Shown here piece by piece: positions 31,126-40,995 of a stretch of DNA of 64,000 nt. The notes under the pieces are model-generated. The model was not told the origin of the DNA. It saw only the letters and a list, made by a program, of their open reading frames with translations, and ran no database searches. This DNA comes from Methanobacteriota archaeon (lineage in GTDB: Archaea > Halobacteriota > Methanosarcinia > Methanosarcinales > Methanoperedenaceae): contig CAWCBK010000017.1 in the NCBI GenBank assembly GCA_963793805.1, positions 9,279-73,278 on the forward strand. Direction: 5' to 3'. Numbering within the stretch: position 1 is the stretch's first letter; every line of letters begins with the position of its first letter. The position numbers and the translations under genes are program-made.

Positions 31126-31401
31126 ACCTGGATTTTGGTTTACTAAAGTTCTTCTGCAATTCGCTAGCATTAATGCCAAAATAGTGTTTAACATTGACCT
31201 TCTACCTCCCACTCATAAAGTTCTGTCAGCAGATTTTTTCTTGCTAACAATAATCTGGATATAGTTGATAACACATAATACTTTCGTTAACGAGAACCTT
31301 TTCTTGGTTAATCTCTCGGTCTTTTCCATGGTCCATTGAAGTGCAACAAGGTTTCCTAAAGCCGTGAACTGAGCGATACATTGCGTCGCGAAAATAATGG
31401 T

Positions 31402-32616
31402 TCAACACCCTTCCTTGAAATCAAAAAGTGACTTTTGTGCCTCTGGCGCTTTAACCGGCGCTGCGCCGCCAAGCTCCACTTTCCCATACTGCCCCCCGCC
31501 TCCCGGGATAACCCTAACCCCCCCATTCCTGAAAGCATTTATTGCATCTATCACGCGCTCATCCACTCCGGAATCATTGACAGCGCTATCCACAAGCACA
31601 GCCACCTCAGAACCATACTGCTTTATGAGAACATCCCATATTTTCCGGACTCCTCTGGTATTTGTCCCGATCCCCAGAGCCATCGCGATAATCTCGGACA
31701 GCGGTATAAGGTGAAGATACGGCGGTCTGTGGGACGGATGATGCGGCGTGTCATAAGACGCAAGTTCGTTCACCCTGTCCTTCACTCCCTTTTTGATAAT
31801 GCCGCCGCATGAGCACCTCCAGTTCTTTATGATGCTCTCCCGCAGGGTATAATGTTTGAAGCACCGGATGCATGCGCTCTCGTTATATTTTCCCTCCTCA
31901 GGAGGCATTCCTACATTCAGGAGAGGCTTTCTCCCTTTCTCCCTGATTATCGCCATCGAAAGCTCGTCAAAACTGACGTCTTCCATCTCAAACCTGTTGA
32001 ACTCGCGCGCAAGTTTGTTGACATATGGAGAATGGGCGTCCGAGTTGGTGAGAAAGGTAAGGCAGGAAAGTTCTGATATCCTGTCTGCATAAGAGGTATC
32101 TGCGCTCAGTCCCAGTTCGATAAGATAGATGTAACCAGCCATATCCCCGTAGCAGTCTTTCAGCGAATTATGGTACGCATACATGGCAGTCCACGGCGTA
32201 AATGCATGCGCCGGACCGATAAGCGCCCCTGCATCCTTTGCAGCCTGCGCGAGCTCAACGCCAGTCAGCCTGACTGTGGGCCTTCCATCCGAGTTGATGT
32301 TGTTTGAGTGAGGCTTCATGAACTCGTACAGTTCCTCAGCTTTTGATACTGAAGGAATGATAATAAGATGGTGAACCTGGTTTGCATCCTCTACCTCTGT
32401 AGTGAGGACGAAATGGATATTATCAATTGAAAAAACGCCGTTCTCCTCCCTGATCTTCTTAATTTCAGAAAGCCATTTCGGATGCAGGCAGTCGCCAGTG
32501 GCGACAAGCTGGATGCCTTTTTTTCTTGATTCTGAGGCAAGCGTGGGCAGGTCCATCTTCGGGGAGGTAGCCATGCTGTATTTTGAATGGATGTGAAGGT
32601 CTGCGTTTATGTGCAT
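31402..32616 (-). CDS. endoQ: PHP-domain endonuclease Q (TIGR00375 family)
   Basis: DLHIHSKYS, TGD, PAHAFTPW, ELGLSAD, NSDAHS, GKY..AC..C...CSCGG.IKKGV, PGGGGQYG. Confidence 0.8.
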   Translation of the reverse strand: MHINADLHIHSKYSMATSPKMDLPTLASESRKKGIQLVATGDCLHPKWLSEIKKIREENGVFSIDNIHFVLTTEVEDANQVHHLIIIPSVSKAEELYEFMKPHSNNINSDGRPTVRLTGVELAQAAKDAGALIGPAHAFTPWTAMYAYHNSLKDCYGDMAGYIYLIELGLSADTSYADRISELSCLTFLTNSDAHSPYVNKLAREFNRFEMEDVSFDELSMAIIREKGRKPLLNVGMPPEEGKYNESACIRCFKHYTLRESIIKNWRCSCGGIIKKGVKDRVNELASYDTPHHPSHRPPYLHLIPLSEIIAMALGIGTNTRGVRKIWDVLIKQYGSEVAVLVDSAVNDSGVDERVIDAINAFRNGGVRVIPGGGGQYGKVELGGAAPVKAPEAQKSLFDFKEGC

Positions 32617-32983
32617 GGTGTGGTTAATTAACTGGATGGGATATAGGGATTGTGATATATTTTCATTCCGAACTTTTCTTCCTCATAATCATTATAACGG
32701 TTATTATTATTTAAATGATTAAATATATAAACTTCAGGATTCAATGTAAGAGATATGATGTCCAGGATAAATAGAAAAATGGTGGATATAGAAAACAGAA
32801 CGGTTGAGAATGGACATCAAATTGCTGAACAGCTGAATCTGCCAGTCACAATAAAATATAACTCAAATGATTAGCTGGCGATATACATAGAAGAGACGAT
32901 TTAGAGCTAAAATCTCAATAGAAGAGGATCAAAAAAAACTCCTGTTTTTAATGTTAATAAAAATGGGGTTAGGAGTTCAGGAA

Positions 32984-33160
32984 ATGTTAGAGACGCCACA
33001 GGAAAGAGTGAAATTATTAAAAGCAGGCATAGATTGTAAAACAATAGAGATACTATACATAACTTACAATAATTTCAAAATAGTGAGCAGTCCCGTATTT
33101 TTTGATTTTAATAGAATGCAAATACACTCCTGTGAAAAAGAAGAACAAAAATCAGAATGA
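32984..33160 (+). CDS. Small hypothetical protein
   Basis: MLETPQERVKLLKAGIDCKTIEILY...; AGGA-type RBS upstream. Confidence 0.5.
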   Translation: MLETPQERVKLLKAGIDCKTIEILYITYNNFKIVSSPVFFDFNRMQIHSCEKEEQKSE

Positions 33161-33213
33161 AAAATTTATATCTCAATGTCAATTCAAATCCTGACCAGGA
33201 TAGTGGGTAAAAG

Positions 33214-33378
33214 ATGACACGTATCGAAAAAATACAGATAGAAGAAAAGTTGAAACGAAAGAACCTCGAGATAAAAGAGCTTGAGGGACAATTAAGAAAG
33301 CAGTATGATGAGATACAGGAACTTATAAAAAAGCTGGGTAAAAGGCCTGCAAATACTGTCTATGTTCGTTCAAAGTGA
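33214..33378 (+). CDS. 54-aa coiled-coil microprotein
   Basis: MTRIEKIQIEEKLKRKNLEIKELEGQLRKQYDEIQELIKKLGKRPANTVYVRSK; heptad pattern; below the ORF-track cutoff. Confidence 0.5.
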   Translation: MTRIEKIQIEEKLKRKNLEIKELEGQLRKQYDEIQELIKKLGKRPANTVYVRSK

Positions 33379-33485
33379 GTAAGACTATAAAATATAATAT
33401 AGCTCAGGATAATTCAAGATAGGATTTAAATTTAAGACTAAGGATAGATTTTAGGGGTAGATTCCAGTGTGGATTAAGAACATAG

Positions 33486-33644
33486 CTATCTTCGAATTCC
33501 CATATAATCACTGATATTCTTGTTATTCGTTATTATAAAAGATATTTTGTTATCTGATGTGCTCCAGTCCAAAATTTCGAGTTCCTGGGTTGAATATGAT
33601 GTTTGTTTGGCTATATCTTTTGCACAATCTTTTGGGTCACACAT
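33486..33644 (-). CDS. Small hypothetical protein
   Basis: MCDPKDCAKDIAKQTSYS...; RBS GGAGG upstream. Confidence 0.35.
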   Translation of the reverse strand: MCDPKDCAKDIAKQTSYSTQELEILDWSTSDNKISFIITNNKNISDYMGIRR

Positions 33645-33875
33645 AGTTTTCCTCCGTTTAGAGTTCATACATTATAGTATATACTTATATGAATCAATTT
33701 ATATTTAGTCATGTTAATGCAAATGATTCTCATGTAAATGGAAATCAATTGATTTTATGAGGTACTCTAAGTAATCCCAACTGCTGCGACCTGATTTCTA
33801 TGAAAGAAAGAATGATCTAAAAAACCTCATAAAGTATATATAATCGCCTACACTAAATAAAATTGAGGTGAAAAA

Positions 33876-34004
33876 ATGATGTTTTCATTGAAGAGCTTCG
33901 TATTACAGCACCCGAAAATCGTGGTTGGAATAACAGTGCTCGCAATCGCATTGCTTGCTAACCCGGCAACTGCAGTGTCTCCGGTTATTGGTGTAATTTT
34001 GTAG
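33876..34004 (+). CDS. 42-aa signal-peptide-like microprotein (putative secreted peptide precursor)
   Basis: MMFSLKSFVLQHPKIVVGITVLAIALLANPATAVSPVIGVIL; RBS GAGGTG; AxA cleavage motif. Confidence 0.55.
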   Translation: MMFSLKSFVLQHPKIVVGITVLAIALLANPATAVSPVIGVIL

Positions 34005-34562
34005 CAATAACGACACAGCTTCTTAAGTGAAATCATTCCAAATTTTTATTTTTATATCTATTTTTGAGCCAAGTTTCATATCTTGTATATCTGTGGTTTG
34101 GGTATATCGGAGGGGGGCAATGATGCATCTGCGTTGTGGAGTATTTTCAAAAGCAGTAAATACATGCCTAGAAATTAAGTCAGAGATTTGTGAATAATTC
34201 ATGCTCCTAAATGTCAATAAGAAACCAGAGTTTCTCAAGATTTCGGCGCTCCTTATATAATTTAATGTAATTAATTCGATTTTTCAAAGATAATTCATTT
34301 TATATCCTTTCTTCTCCTTTTTTTAAAAAGTAATTGACTTTATTGTATACGCGTTTATTACTTCTATTCATGAGTATTATTGTTATAAGAAAAACCTAAA
34401 TACTATTAGGATAATGCAAAACCAAGGGAATATGATTAAAAACGGTATATTTGTGGAAATTTGAAAACTACAAGGGCTAGATGTTTCCATCGTTTTTCTC
34501 ATATTCAAAATAGTCGAGTGGATATCAATATAAAAGAAAGGTGGCAAGAAAGGTGGTAAAAG

Positions 34563-37355
34563 ATGACTTATAAACCTCAATATTATCCTGGCAATACTTC
34601 AGTTGCCAAGAATAGAAGAAAACATATGTCTAATAAAATAGAAAAACTGCGCGATATCTCAGATGATGATTTGACAGCAATCATGGGTCATAGAGCATCC
34701 GGGTCAGATTACCCCAGTACACATCCACCGCTTTCAGAAATGGGTGAACCGGACTGCCCGATAAGAGAGATCGTGGAACCTACTCCCGGGGCAGCAGCAG
34801 GGGACAGGATCAGATACGTGCAGTTCTCGGATTCAATGTATAATGCTCCTGGAACTCCATACTGGAGATCGTACCATGCAGCCATGAACTTCAGAGGTGT
34901 CGACCCAGGCACACTGTCAGGGAGACAAATTGTCGAGATGAGGGAAAGGGATCTTGAAGCATTCACCAAGAGGGTAAGCGAGACCGAAATAACTGACTGG
35001 GGTCTTGCAGGTATGAGGGGCTGTACAGTTCACGGCCACTCCCTGAGATTGCAGGAAGATGGCGTGATGTTCGATATGCTGGACAGGCGAAGGCTTGAAA
35101 ATGGAGTTATCGTTATGGATAAGGACCAGGTCGGAGTACCGATCGACAGAAAGGTCAACCTCGGCAAACCCATGAGCTTGGCAGAAGCTGCCAGGAGAAC
35201 CACCATCTACAGAGTGGACAATGTGCCCTTAAGAAAAGACACAGAAGTCGTCGAACATGTACAGAGACTCTGGGAATTAAGAACAATTTATGGCTTCCAG
35301 CCCGCTCCGAAGGAAACGATTGTAACAGGTGTTGCAGCTATAAAAAAAATAGATTTTTATTTAAATGATGAACATGTTGACAATTCAGGAGGGTCAGAAT
35401 TCATTTGCGCTAAACCTGGAGATGCCGACGAGTATCTTTGGTTTAGCTGGGACAGAATTCCAGGAGACCATAGTGGAAATATTGGAATTTTTCTGAAGCG
35501 ACACTATAGTATTGAATTGTTAACAGCAAGAATTGAAAAAAGTCGTGATGAAAAAACAATCAACGTCACAGATGGATTACATTCTCTTTCTATTGAACTT
35601 GATGATGAAAAACTTAAGGCAACCAAAGCATTTCTGGAAATCGATGACGGTAGAACTGATGAATTCGCTGTGAAGATGGAGGAGGGTAAGCTAAACATAT
35701 ACGCTCACGAATATCATGACAGTAATTTTGAACTGAAACTTTTTGATTCTGCGGAAGTGTATCGAACAGATGAACCAGATCTTGCTTCGGTTTTAATAAC
35801 ATTTATATTTGAGCTTCCTGCATTCGATTACGATGCTGAATATTCATGGTCTGCAATCCTTTATTCCAATATCGATTATGAGGAGGAGGCTGAAGAAGGA
35901 GGAGCTTCAGCCTATAGTATTTTCAAGACTGACTGGTCTGGTGCATTACTTAATACCCACCAAATGGTTATTAAAACGCATGAAATGACGCGATTTTTTT
36001 CAGCAGAGGAGAGTAGTTATCATGTGGAAAAAGATATTAGAATCTCTGATAACCGATTGGTATGCGCAGGGAAGGCTCCGGTGGGCTCAGGATTATGCCC
36101 TTTAGTAATTATTGGAGTTGAGGTGAGAGTTTCAGCTCTTGATGGCACTAATCAGCTTTTTTGTTTGGCCCGATTAAAAGATTGGGACCAATTTCCGCCA
36201 GGAATCCGATATTCTGTAAAACGAAGTGCTGAAAAACCACCGGTCGATTATCAGATTGCGGTCAAGACAGGTGATATACCGCGTGGTGGTACAAGAGCCA
36301 ATGTTTATATAACTCTTTTTGGAACAAATGGTTATGATGAAGAAAGACCATTGGGTGAATCATCAGGATATCCCATTGAAAAAGCAAAAGGAAAAACAGA
36401 TCGTTTTTGTATCACAAGAGCGGATTTAGGAGATATTACACATATAAGAATTCGCCATGATGATAAATATGAAAGGCCTGGATGGTATCTGGATGAAATT
36501 CGTATTCGAAATTATTGCAGCGGTAAAGAATATGTTTTTTCCTACGATGGATGGCTCGGTAGAGAAAAAGATGATGGAAGAATTGACAGAATACTCATCG
36601 AGCAATCAGTGACACCCATTGAATATGAAATCACAGTAATAACAGGTGGACTGGAAGGTGCAGGGACAGATGCCAATATCTATATGACACTTTTCGGAAC
36701 GACTGCTATTAGCGGAGAAATAGAATTTCCTGATCCAGATGAGACGAGATTTGAGGAAGGGGAAACAGCTAAATTTATTGAAAAATTACCCGTTTTAGGT
36801 GAAATCGAAAGCCTAAGAATCCGCCATGATGATACCGGGGATGACTCCCCTTGGTATCTCCATGAAATCAGAGTCAAAGATAGATCCAGAGAAATAGAGT
36901 GGATTTTTCCATGTGATAATTGGCTTGGTAAAGATGGAATCTTCGAGAGAATGCTTAATCCTATTGTAAATCCGGTCGAATATAAGATTTCAGTGAAAAC
37001 AGGAGATAAGGAAGGAGCCGGGACAGACGCGAAGGTTTATATCACTCTATCTGGAACAGAGGGCAATGATAAAGAAAGATTGTTGGATAATTCGGGTCAT
37101 GATGACTTTAGACAGGGAAAAACTGATGATTTTAACATTGTGGCTAGTAATTTAGGAGATCTTAGAGAACTTAGAATCCGCCATAATGATAAGGAAGAAG
37201 GTTCAGGATGGTATCTCGAAGAAATTCGTGTGCTTGATAAAAGTGCAGGGAAAGAATGGCTTTTTGAGTGCGATAAATGGCTTGCTACAGATGAAGATGA
37301 TAAACGTATCGACAGAACGCTTAAAGCACAATTAATTTGGACACTCGGTGGATGA
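34563..37355 (+). CDS. mcrG: Methyl-coenzyme M reductase gamma subunit fused to an unknown region and 3 PLAT/LH2 domains
   Basis: aa 1 to about 247 is McrG (YKPQYYPG..VAKNRRKHM, HPPL.EM.EPDCPIR, GTLSGRQIVE.RERDLE, RGCTVHGHSLRL..DG.MFDML, YGFQP). The C-terminus has three repeats of YxIxVxTG....GTxAxVYxTLxG...LG.I..xRIRHD......WYLxEIxV...WL (PLAT). Confidence 0.9.
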   Translation: MTYKPQYYPGNTSVAKNRRKHMSNKIEKLRDISDDDLTAIMGHRASGSDYPSTHPPLSEMGEPDCPIREIVEPTPGAAAGDRIRYVQFSDSMYNAPGTPYWRSYHAAMNFRGVDPGTLSGRQIVEMRERDLEAFTKRVSETEITDWGLAGMRGCTVHGHSLRLQEDGVMFDMLDRRRLENGVIVMDKDQVGVPIDRKVNLGKPMSLAEAARRTTIYRVDNVPLRKDTEVVEHVQRLWELRTIYGFQPAPKETIVTGVAAIKKIDFYLNDEHVDNSGGSEFICAKPGDADEYLWFSWDRIPGDHSGNIGIFLKRHYSIELLTARIEKSRDEKTINVTDGLHSLSIELDDEKLKATKAFLEIDDGRTDEFAVKMEEGKLNIYAHEYHDSNFELKLFDSAEVYRTDEPDLASVLITFIFELPAFDYDAEYSWSAILYSNIDYEEEAEEGGASAYSIFKTDWSGALLNTHQMVIKTHEMTRFFSAEESSYHVEKDIRISDNRLVCAGKAPVGSGLCPLVIIGVEVRVSALDGTNQLFCLARLKDWDQFPPGIRYSVKRSAEKPPVDYQIAVKTGDIPRGGTRANVYITLFGTNGYDEERPLGESSGYPIEKAKGKTDRFCITRADLGDITHIRIRHDDKYERPGWYLDEIRIRNYCSGKEYVFSYDGWLGREKDDGRIDRILIEQSVTPIEYEITVITGGLEGAGTDANIYMTLFGTTAISGEIEFPDPDETRFEEGETAKFIEKLPVLGEIESLRIRHDDTGDDSPWYLHEIRVKDRSREIEWIFPCDNWLGKDGIFERMLNPIVNPVEYKISVKTGDKEGAGTDAKVYITLSGTEGNDKERLLDNSGHDDFRQGKTDDFNIVASNLGDLRELRIRHNDKEEGSGWYLEEIRVLDKSAGKEWLFECDKWLATDEDDKRIDRTLKAQLIWTLGG
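36243..37328 (+). repeat. Three tandem PLAT/LH2 domain repeats
   Basis: Repeats begin at about 36243, 36618 and 36975, each with the RIRH(D/N)D and WYLxEI motifs. Confidence 0.85.
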
Positions 37356-37803
37356 GATGGAAAAAATAACAGGTTATCCGGGTATTTCAAATATATTTTT
37401 TATTTTAGCCCAAAACTCCTTTGCGATTTTGGCACAATACCGCGCCTAACAAACGAAAATACATAGGTAGCCTCAAGATTCGTGAGTTCTCGAGCCCCTC
37501 AGATACCCGATTCCTCAGAACGGTTGTCGTTGACGCAAGCCTCGAAACACAAAGAATGGCAAAACAACTGGCATCACACGAACAAGACCCCCTTCATAAA
37601 ATGCAAACCCTAGGCCTCCCTTATTTCCAAAATCCACCATGCATCTCTCCTCCTGCATCAAAAGAACTGAAAGCACGGATACCCGCGAAGTTCATAGTTC
37701 CTCAATATCGGCAGCCACGATCCTGAACACAGGCGAACCTAAAGGCGCCCCTGTGATTTCCTCAGACATAGCATTTAATCTGCGTTTATGCGGTTTATTA
37801 TTT

Positions 37804-39072
37804 TCAGACCTTTCTCGGGTCCTTGATCTCCCCGTACAGCGCGCTCGCAGCCGCCGTAGCAGGAGAAGAAAGGTACACGAATGCATCAGGGCTTCCCTGC
37901 CTGCCCTTGAAATTCCTGTTCGACGTGGACAGACCCACTTCACCTTTCCCCAGCAATCCGAACGAGCCGCCCATACACGGCCCGCAGCATGGGGATTCCA
38001 CTATGGCGCCGGCTTCCATGAACTGCTCCACGTATCCTGCCCTTAGCGTTTTCATGTATTCGGTATGCGAGGCAGGGATAATCAGCAGGCGCACGCCCTT
38101 TGCTACCTTCTCGCCGTTCATTATCTTCGCAACTATCTCGATATCCTCAAAGCGCCCGTTGGTGCATGAGCCCACGAACACCTGGTCTATCTTTGTTCCT
38201 TCAACTTCTTCAACTGATTTCACATTATCAACATTATGCGGACATGCCACCTGTGGGGAAAGGTCGCTGACATCGTATTCTCTTGTCTCGGAAAATACCG
38301 CATCCTTATCGCTCTTCCACTTACCATCAAGTTTAAAATCCGGTATGCGTTCCCTCAGATATTTTTCTGTGGTTCGGTCAGCCTCAACGATACCTGCTTT
38401 TCCTCCCATCTCGATAGCCATGTTGCTCATGGTCATCCTTGCCGGAATATCCATATCCCTTACAGTGGAACCGCAGAATTCCGCTGCCTTATATCTTGCC
38501 CCTTCCACTCCAACATCGCCAATAAGGTGAAGGATAACATCCTTCGAGTGCACCCGCCGCGGGAGCTTTCCATTTACTTCAAATCTCATGGTCTCTGGAA
38601 CGCGGAACCACAGCTTTCCTGTTGCGAACACAAAAGACATGTCTGTGCTGCCTATGCCTGTGGAGAATGCGCCAAGGGCTCCATAGGCGCACGTATGAGA
38701 GTCCGAACCCACGATGAGGTCACCCGGCAAAACGTGTCCCTTCTCAGGCATCACCTGGTGGCACACACCTTCGAAAACATCGTAATTCAGGATGCCCTGT
38801 TCATTTGCGAACTGGCGCAGCATAATGTGGTTCGCGGCTGCAGCAAGTGAATCTGCAGGCACCTGGTGATCAAAAAGTATGACTATCTTTTCAGGATCCC
38901 ATACCTTCTGTTTTTTCTTGCCTTTCACGATCTCCCTGAATCCCTCTACAGCCAGAGGCCCTGTGATATCATGGGTCATGGCACGGTCTATATCAGCAAG
39001 CACGAAATCCCCGGCTTTTACTTTCTTACCCGATGCTTTTGAAAAGATCTTTTCTGAAATCGTTTGAGACAT
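37804..39072 (-). CDS. 3-isopropylmalate dehydratase / homoaconitase large subunit (LeuC/HacA family)
   Basis: [29 protein letters not shown]. Confidence 0.9.
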   Translation of the reverse strand: MSQTISEKIFSKASGKKVKAGDFVLADIDRAMTHDITGPLAVEGFREIVKGKKKQKVWDPEKIVILFDHQVPADSLAAAANHIMLRQFANEQGILNYDVFEGVCHQVMPEKGHVLPGDLIVGSDSHTCAYGALGAFSTGIGSTDMSFVFATGKLWFRVPETMRFEVNGKLPRRVHSKDVILHLIGDVGVEGARYKAAEFCGSTVRDMDIPARMTMSNMAIEMGGKAGIVEADRTTEKYLRERIPDFKLDGKWKSDKDAVFSETREYDVSDLSPQVACPHNVDNVKSVEEVEGTKIDQVFVGSCTNGRFEDIEIVAKIMNGEKVAKGVRLLIIPASHTEYMKTLRAGYVEQFMEAGAIVESPCCGPCMGGSFGLLGKGEVGLSTSNRNFKGRQGSPDAFVYLSSPATAAASALYGEIKDPRKV

Positions 39073-39112
39073 GTTTCCCTATCATAGCATTGGATTATTT
39101 AATCTTTTGGCA

Positions 39113-40054
39113 TTAGAAGAAGAGTGTCCCTGCAAGCAGGCTCCCAGCCGCATATCCCAGTATAACACCGGTGTTAAGGAACGGTAGACCCGCCTGGGGC
39201 TTTCCTTTGATGACAAGCCCCATAAGGACTGCAAATCCCACGAACGTACCTACTATAGCGCCAAGAGCCGGAAGATTTATGCTTCCGATAAATGGAACAT
39301 TGAATGAACTTGCCTGCACAAAAAAGTTCGCAGAAACTACAAGCAAAGTAGGCATAACCGCATCGCCAAGACCCATAAAGAAAGCCTCTCGCTTCTCTTT
39401 ATCAAACTTTTCCGTAAGAAATGAATAGTTCCAGTTCTTCGGGACAACAAGCAGGATGGGGAGCTTGAGATCCATTACTCCTTCTGCCAGCGCGACCATG
39501 TGCTTTGTCCTGTACACCGCGATATAATCATAAACCGCCAGAACGACAAGGAGAAGAAGCGTTGGTATTATAGCAAGAGAAATACCGAACATGGTGCTTG
39601 AACCCGCGCCGATCAGCACGCCGACAGTATCGACCACATACCATTCCGGATACTTATATAGAAGAATGGTAAGACCTGCTGATAGGATGAAAAGCGAATA
39701 GTAAACTGTACCAAGATTAATGCCGGTTGAAAGCGGTATTGTAAATGTAATGTAAGGGCCGAAAGAGAAGAATGGTATGAAAACAAAATAAAGTGTTGAA
39801 CCCACTGCAAAAAATATGAACGCCTGGATCATCCATTTCTTATTCAACTTTATTACCAGGAAAATAAAAGCCGTGAAGATCAGGATGATCGCTACCCAGA
39901 CCACCACGTTTCCAGGGTCATCAGGATTGGAAAATGCTTTTATCTCATTCACCTTAAATGGTCCGGTTAGAGCAATAGCTATCAGCTGCACAAGAAGAAG
40001 CATTAACCCCATGCCGATAAATGGAATATATTCTTTAAATTTCAAAGCGATCAC
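39113..40054 (-). CDS. Presenilin-family intramembrane aspartyl protease (PSH)
   Basis: VYDYIAVY, MGLGD, PQAGLPFLN. Confidence 0.92.
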   Translation of the reverse strand: MIALKFKEYIPFIGMGLMLLLVQLIAIALTGPFKVNEIKAFSNPDDPGNVVVWVAIILIFTAFIFLVIKLNKKWMIQAFIFFAVGSTLYFVFIPFFSFGPYITFTIPLSTGINLGTVYYSLFILSAGLTILLYKYPEWYVVDTVGVLIGAGSSTMFGISLAIIPTLLLLVVLAVYDYIAVYRTKHMVALAEGVMDLKLPILLVVPKNWNYSFLTEKFDKEKREAFFMGLGDAVMPTLLVVSANFFVQASSFNVPFIGSINLPALGAIVGTFVGFAVLMGLVIKGKPQAGLPFLNTGVILGYAAGSLLAGTLFF

Positions 40055-40143
40055 ATCTTATATGTGTGAACTTGTTTTAAAAGTTTGCCAGCTGGAATTT
40101 CGGGCAATAAAGTATTTCTTCTGTCCTTCAATATATGGTGTGA

Positions 40144-40950
40144 ATGATTATAGGGATATTAGGACCAGAGGGTTCATATTCGGAAAAAGCCGCTAAACAA
40201 TGGAATATAGCAGGAAATCTGCATTATTACGACGATATCCAGGATACCGTTGAAGCGTTATTGAACAACGAAGTGGATTATAGTATAGTACCTGTGGAGA
40301 ATTCGCTTGAAGGATCTATAACACTAACTCTTGATCTACTAATGGAACACCAGTTAATGATAGTTGGCGAGGTTATCGTTCATATAAGCCACTGCCTGCT
40401 TGCAGCAGGCAGGCTTTCAGATATTAAGGTCGTCATGTCCCACCCCCAGGCCCTTTCCCAGTGCAGGAAGTTCTTGAAAAATAATTTCAAGAACGCACAA
40501 GTCCGTCCTGTCCTTAGCACTTCCCTTGCAGCGAAACTTGCTTCAGGGTCAAAGGATATGGCAGCCATTGCGTCTGAAGAGTCGGCACAGAGGTATGGAT
40601 TGAAAATACTCGAAGCGGATATACAGGACATTTTGGAGAACTATACCCGCTTTATCGTTATCGGGAAAGAAACGCCACACGCTACTGGAAATGATAAGAC
40701 CTCTATTATCCTATATCTTCAAAAGAATAGACCCGGAGCGCTCTTTGAAATACTTGAGGAGTTCGCGAATAAAAATATCGACCTTACCAAGATAGAATCG
40801 CGTCCAACAAAAAAGCTTCTTGGGGATTATCTCTTCCATATAGACCTTAAAGGGCACATTGAGGACAGGATAATTATGGAGACTCTCGAGAATATAAAGA
40901 ATAAAGTCGGGATGCTCAAGATACTTGGATCGTATCCCGCTGCCCGATGA
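40144..40950 (+). CDS. pheA: Prephenate dehydratase
   Basis: LGPEGSYSE, PVENSLEG, SHPQALSQC, NYTRF, IESRP. Confidence 0.95.
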   Translation: MIIGILGPEGSYSEKAAKQWNIAGNLHYYDDIQDTVEALLNNEVDYSIVPVENSLEGSITLTLDLLMEHQLMIVGEVIVHISHCLLAAGRLSDIKVVMSHPQALSQCRKFLKNNFKNAQVRPVLSTSLAAKLASGSKDMAAIASEESAQRYGLKILEADIQDILENYTRFIVIGKETPHATGNDKTSIILYLQKNRPGALFEILEEFANKNIDLTKIESRPTKKLLGDYLFHIDLKGHIEDRIIMETLENIKNKVGMLKILGSYPAAR

Positions 40951-40995
40951 AAAGCTTTATACATGAAAAACTCATAATTGAGATGCAACTCAAAA

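Noticed and set aside
31240-31382. Minus-strand YRSVHGFRK resembling a tyrosine recombinase HxxR motif
   Set aside because: Short ORF with no other integrase motifs; probably chance
37440-37455. GCCTAAC / GTTAGGC integron attC-like core
   Set aside because: No matching partner core site at a suitable distance and no integron integrase
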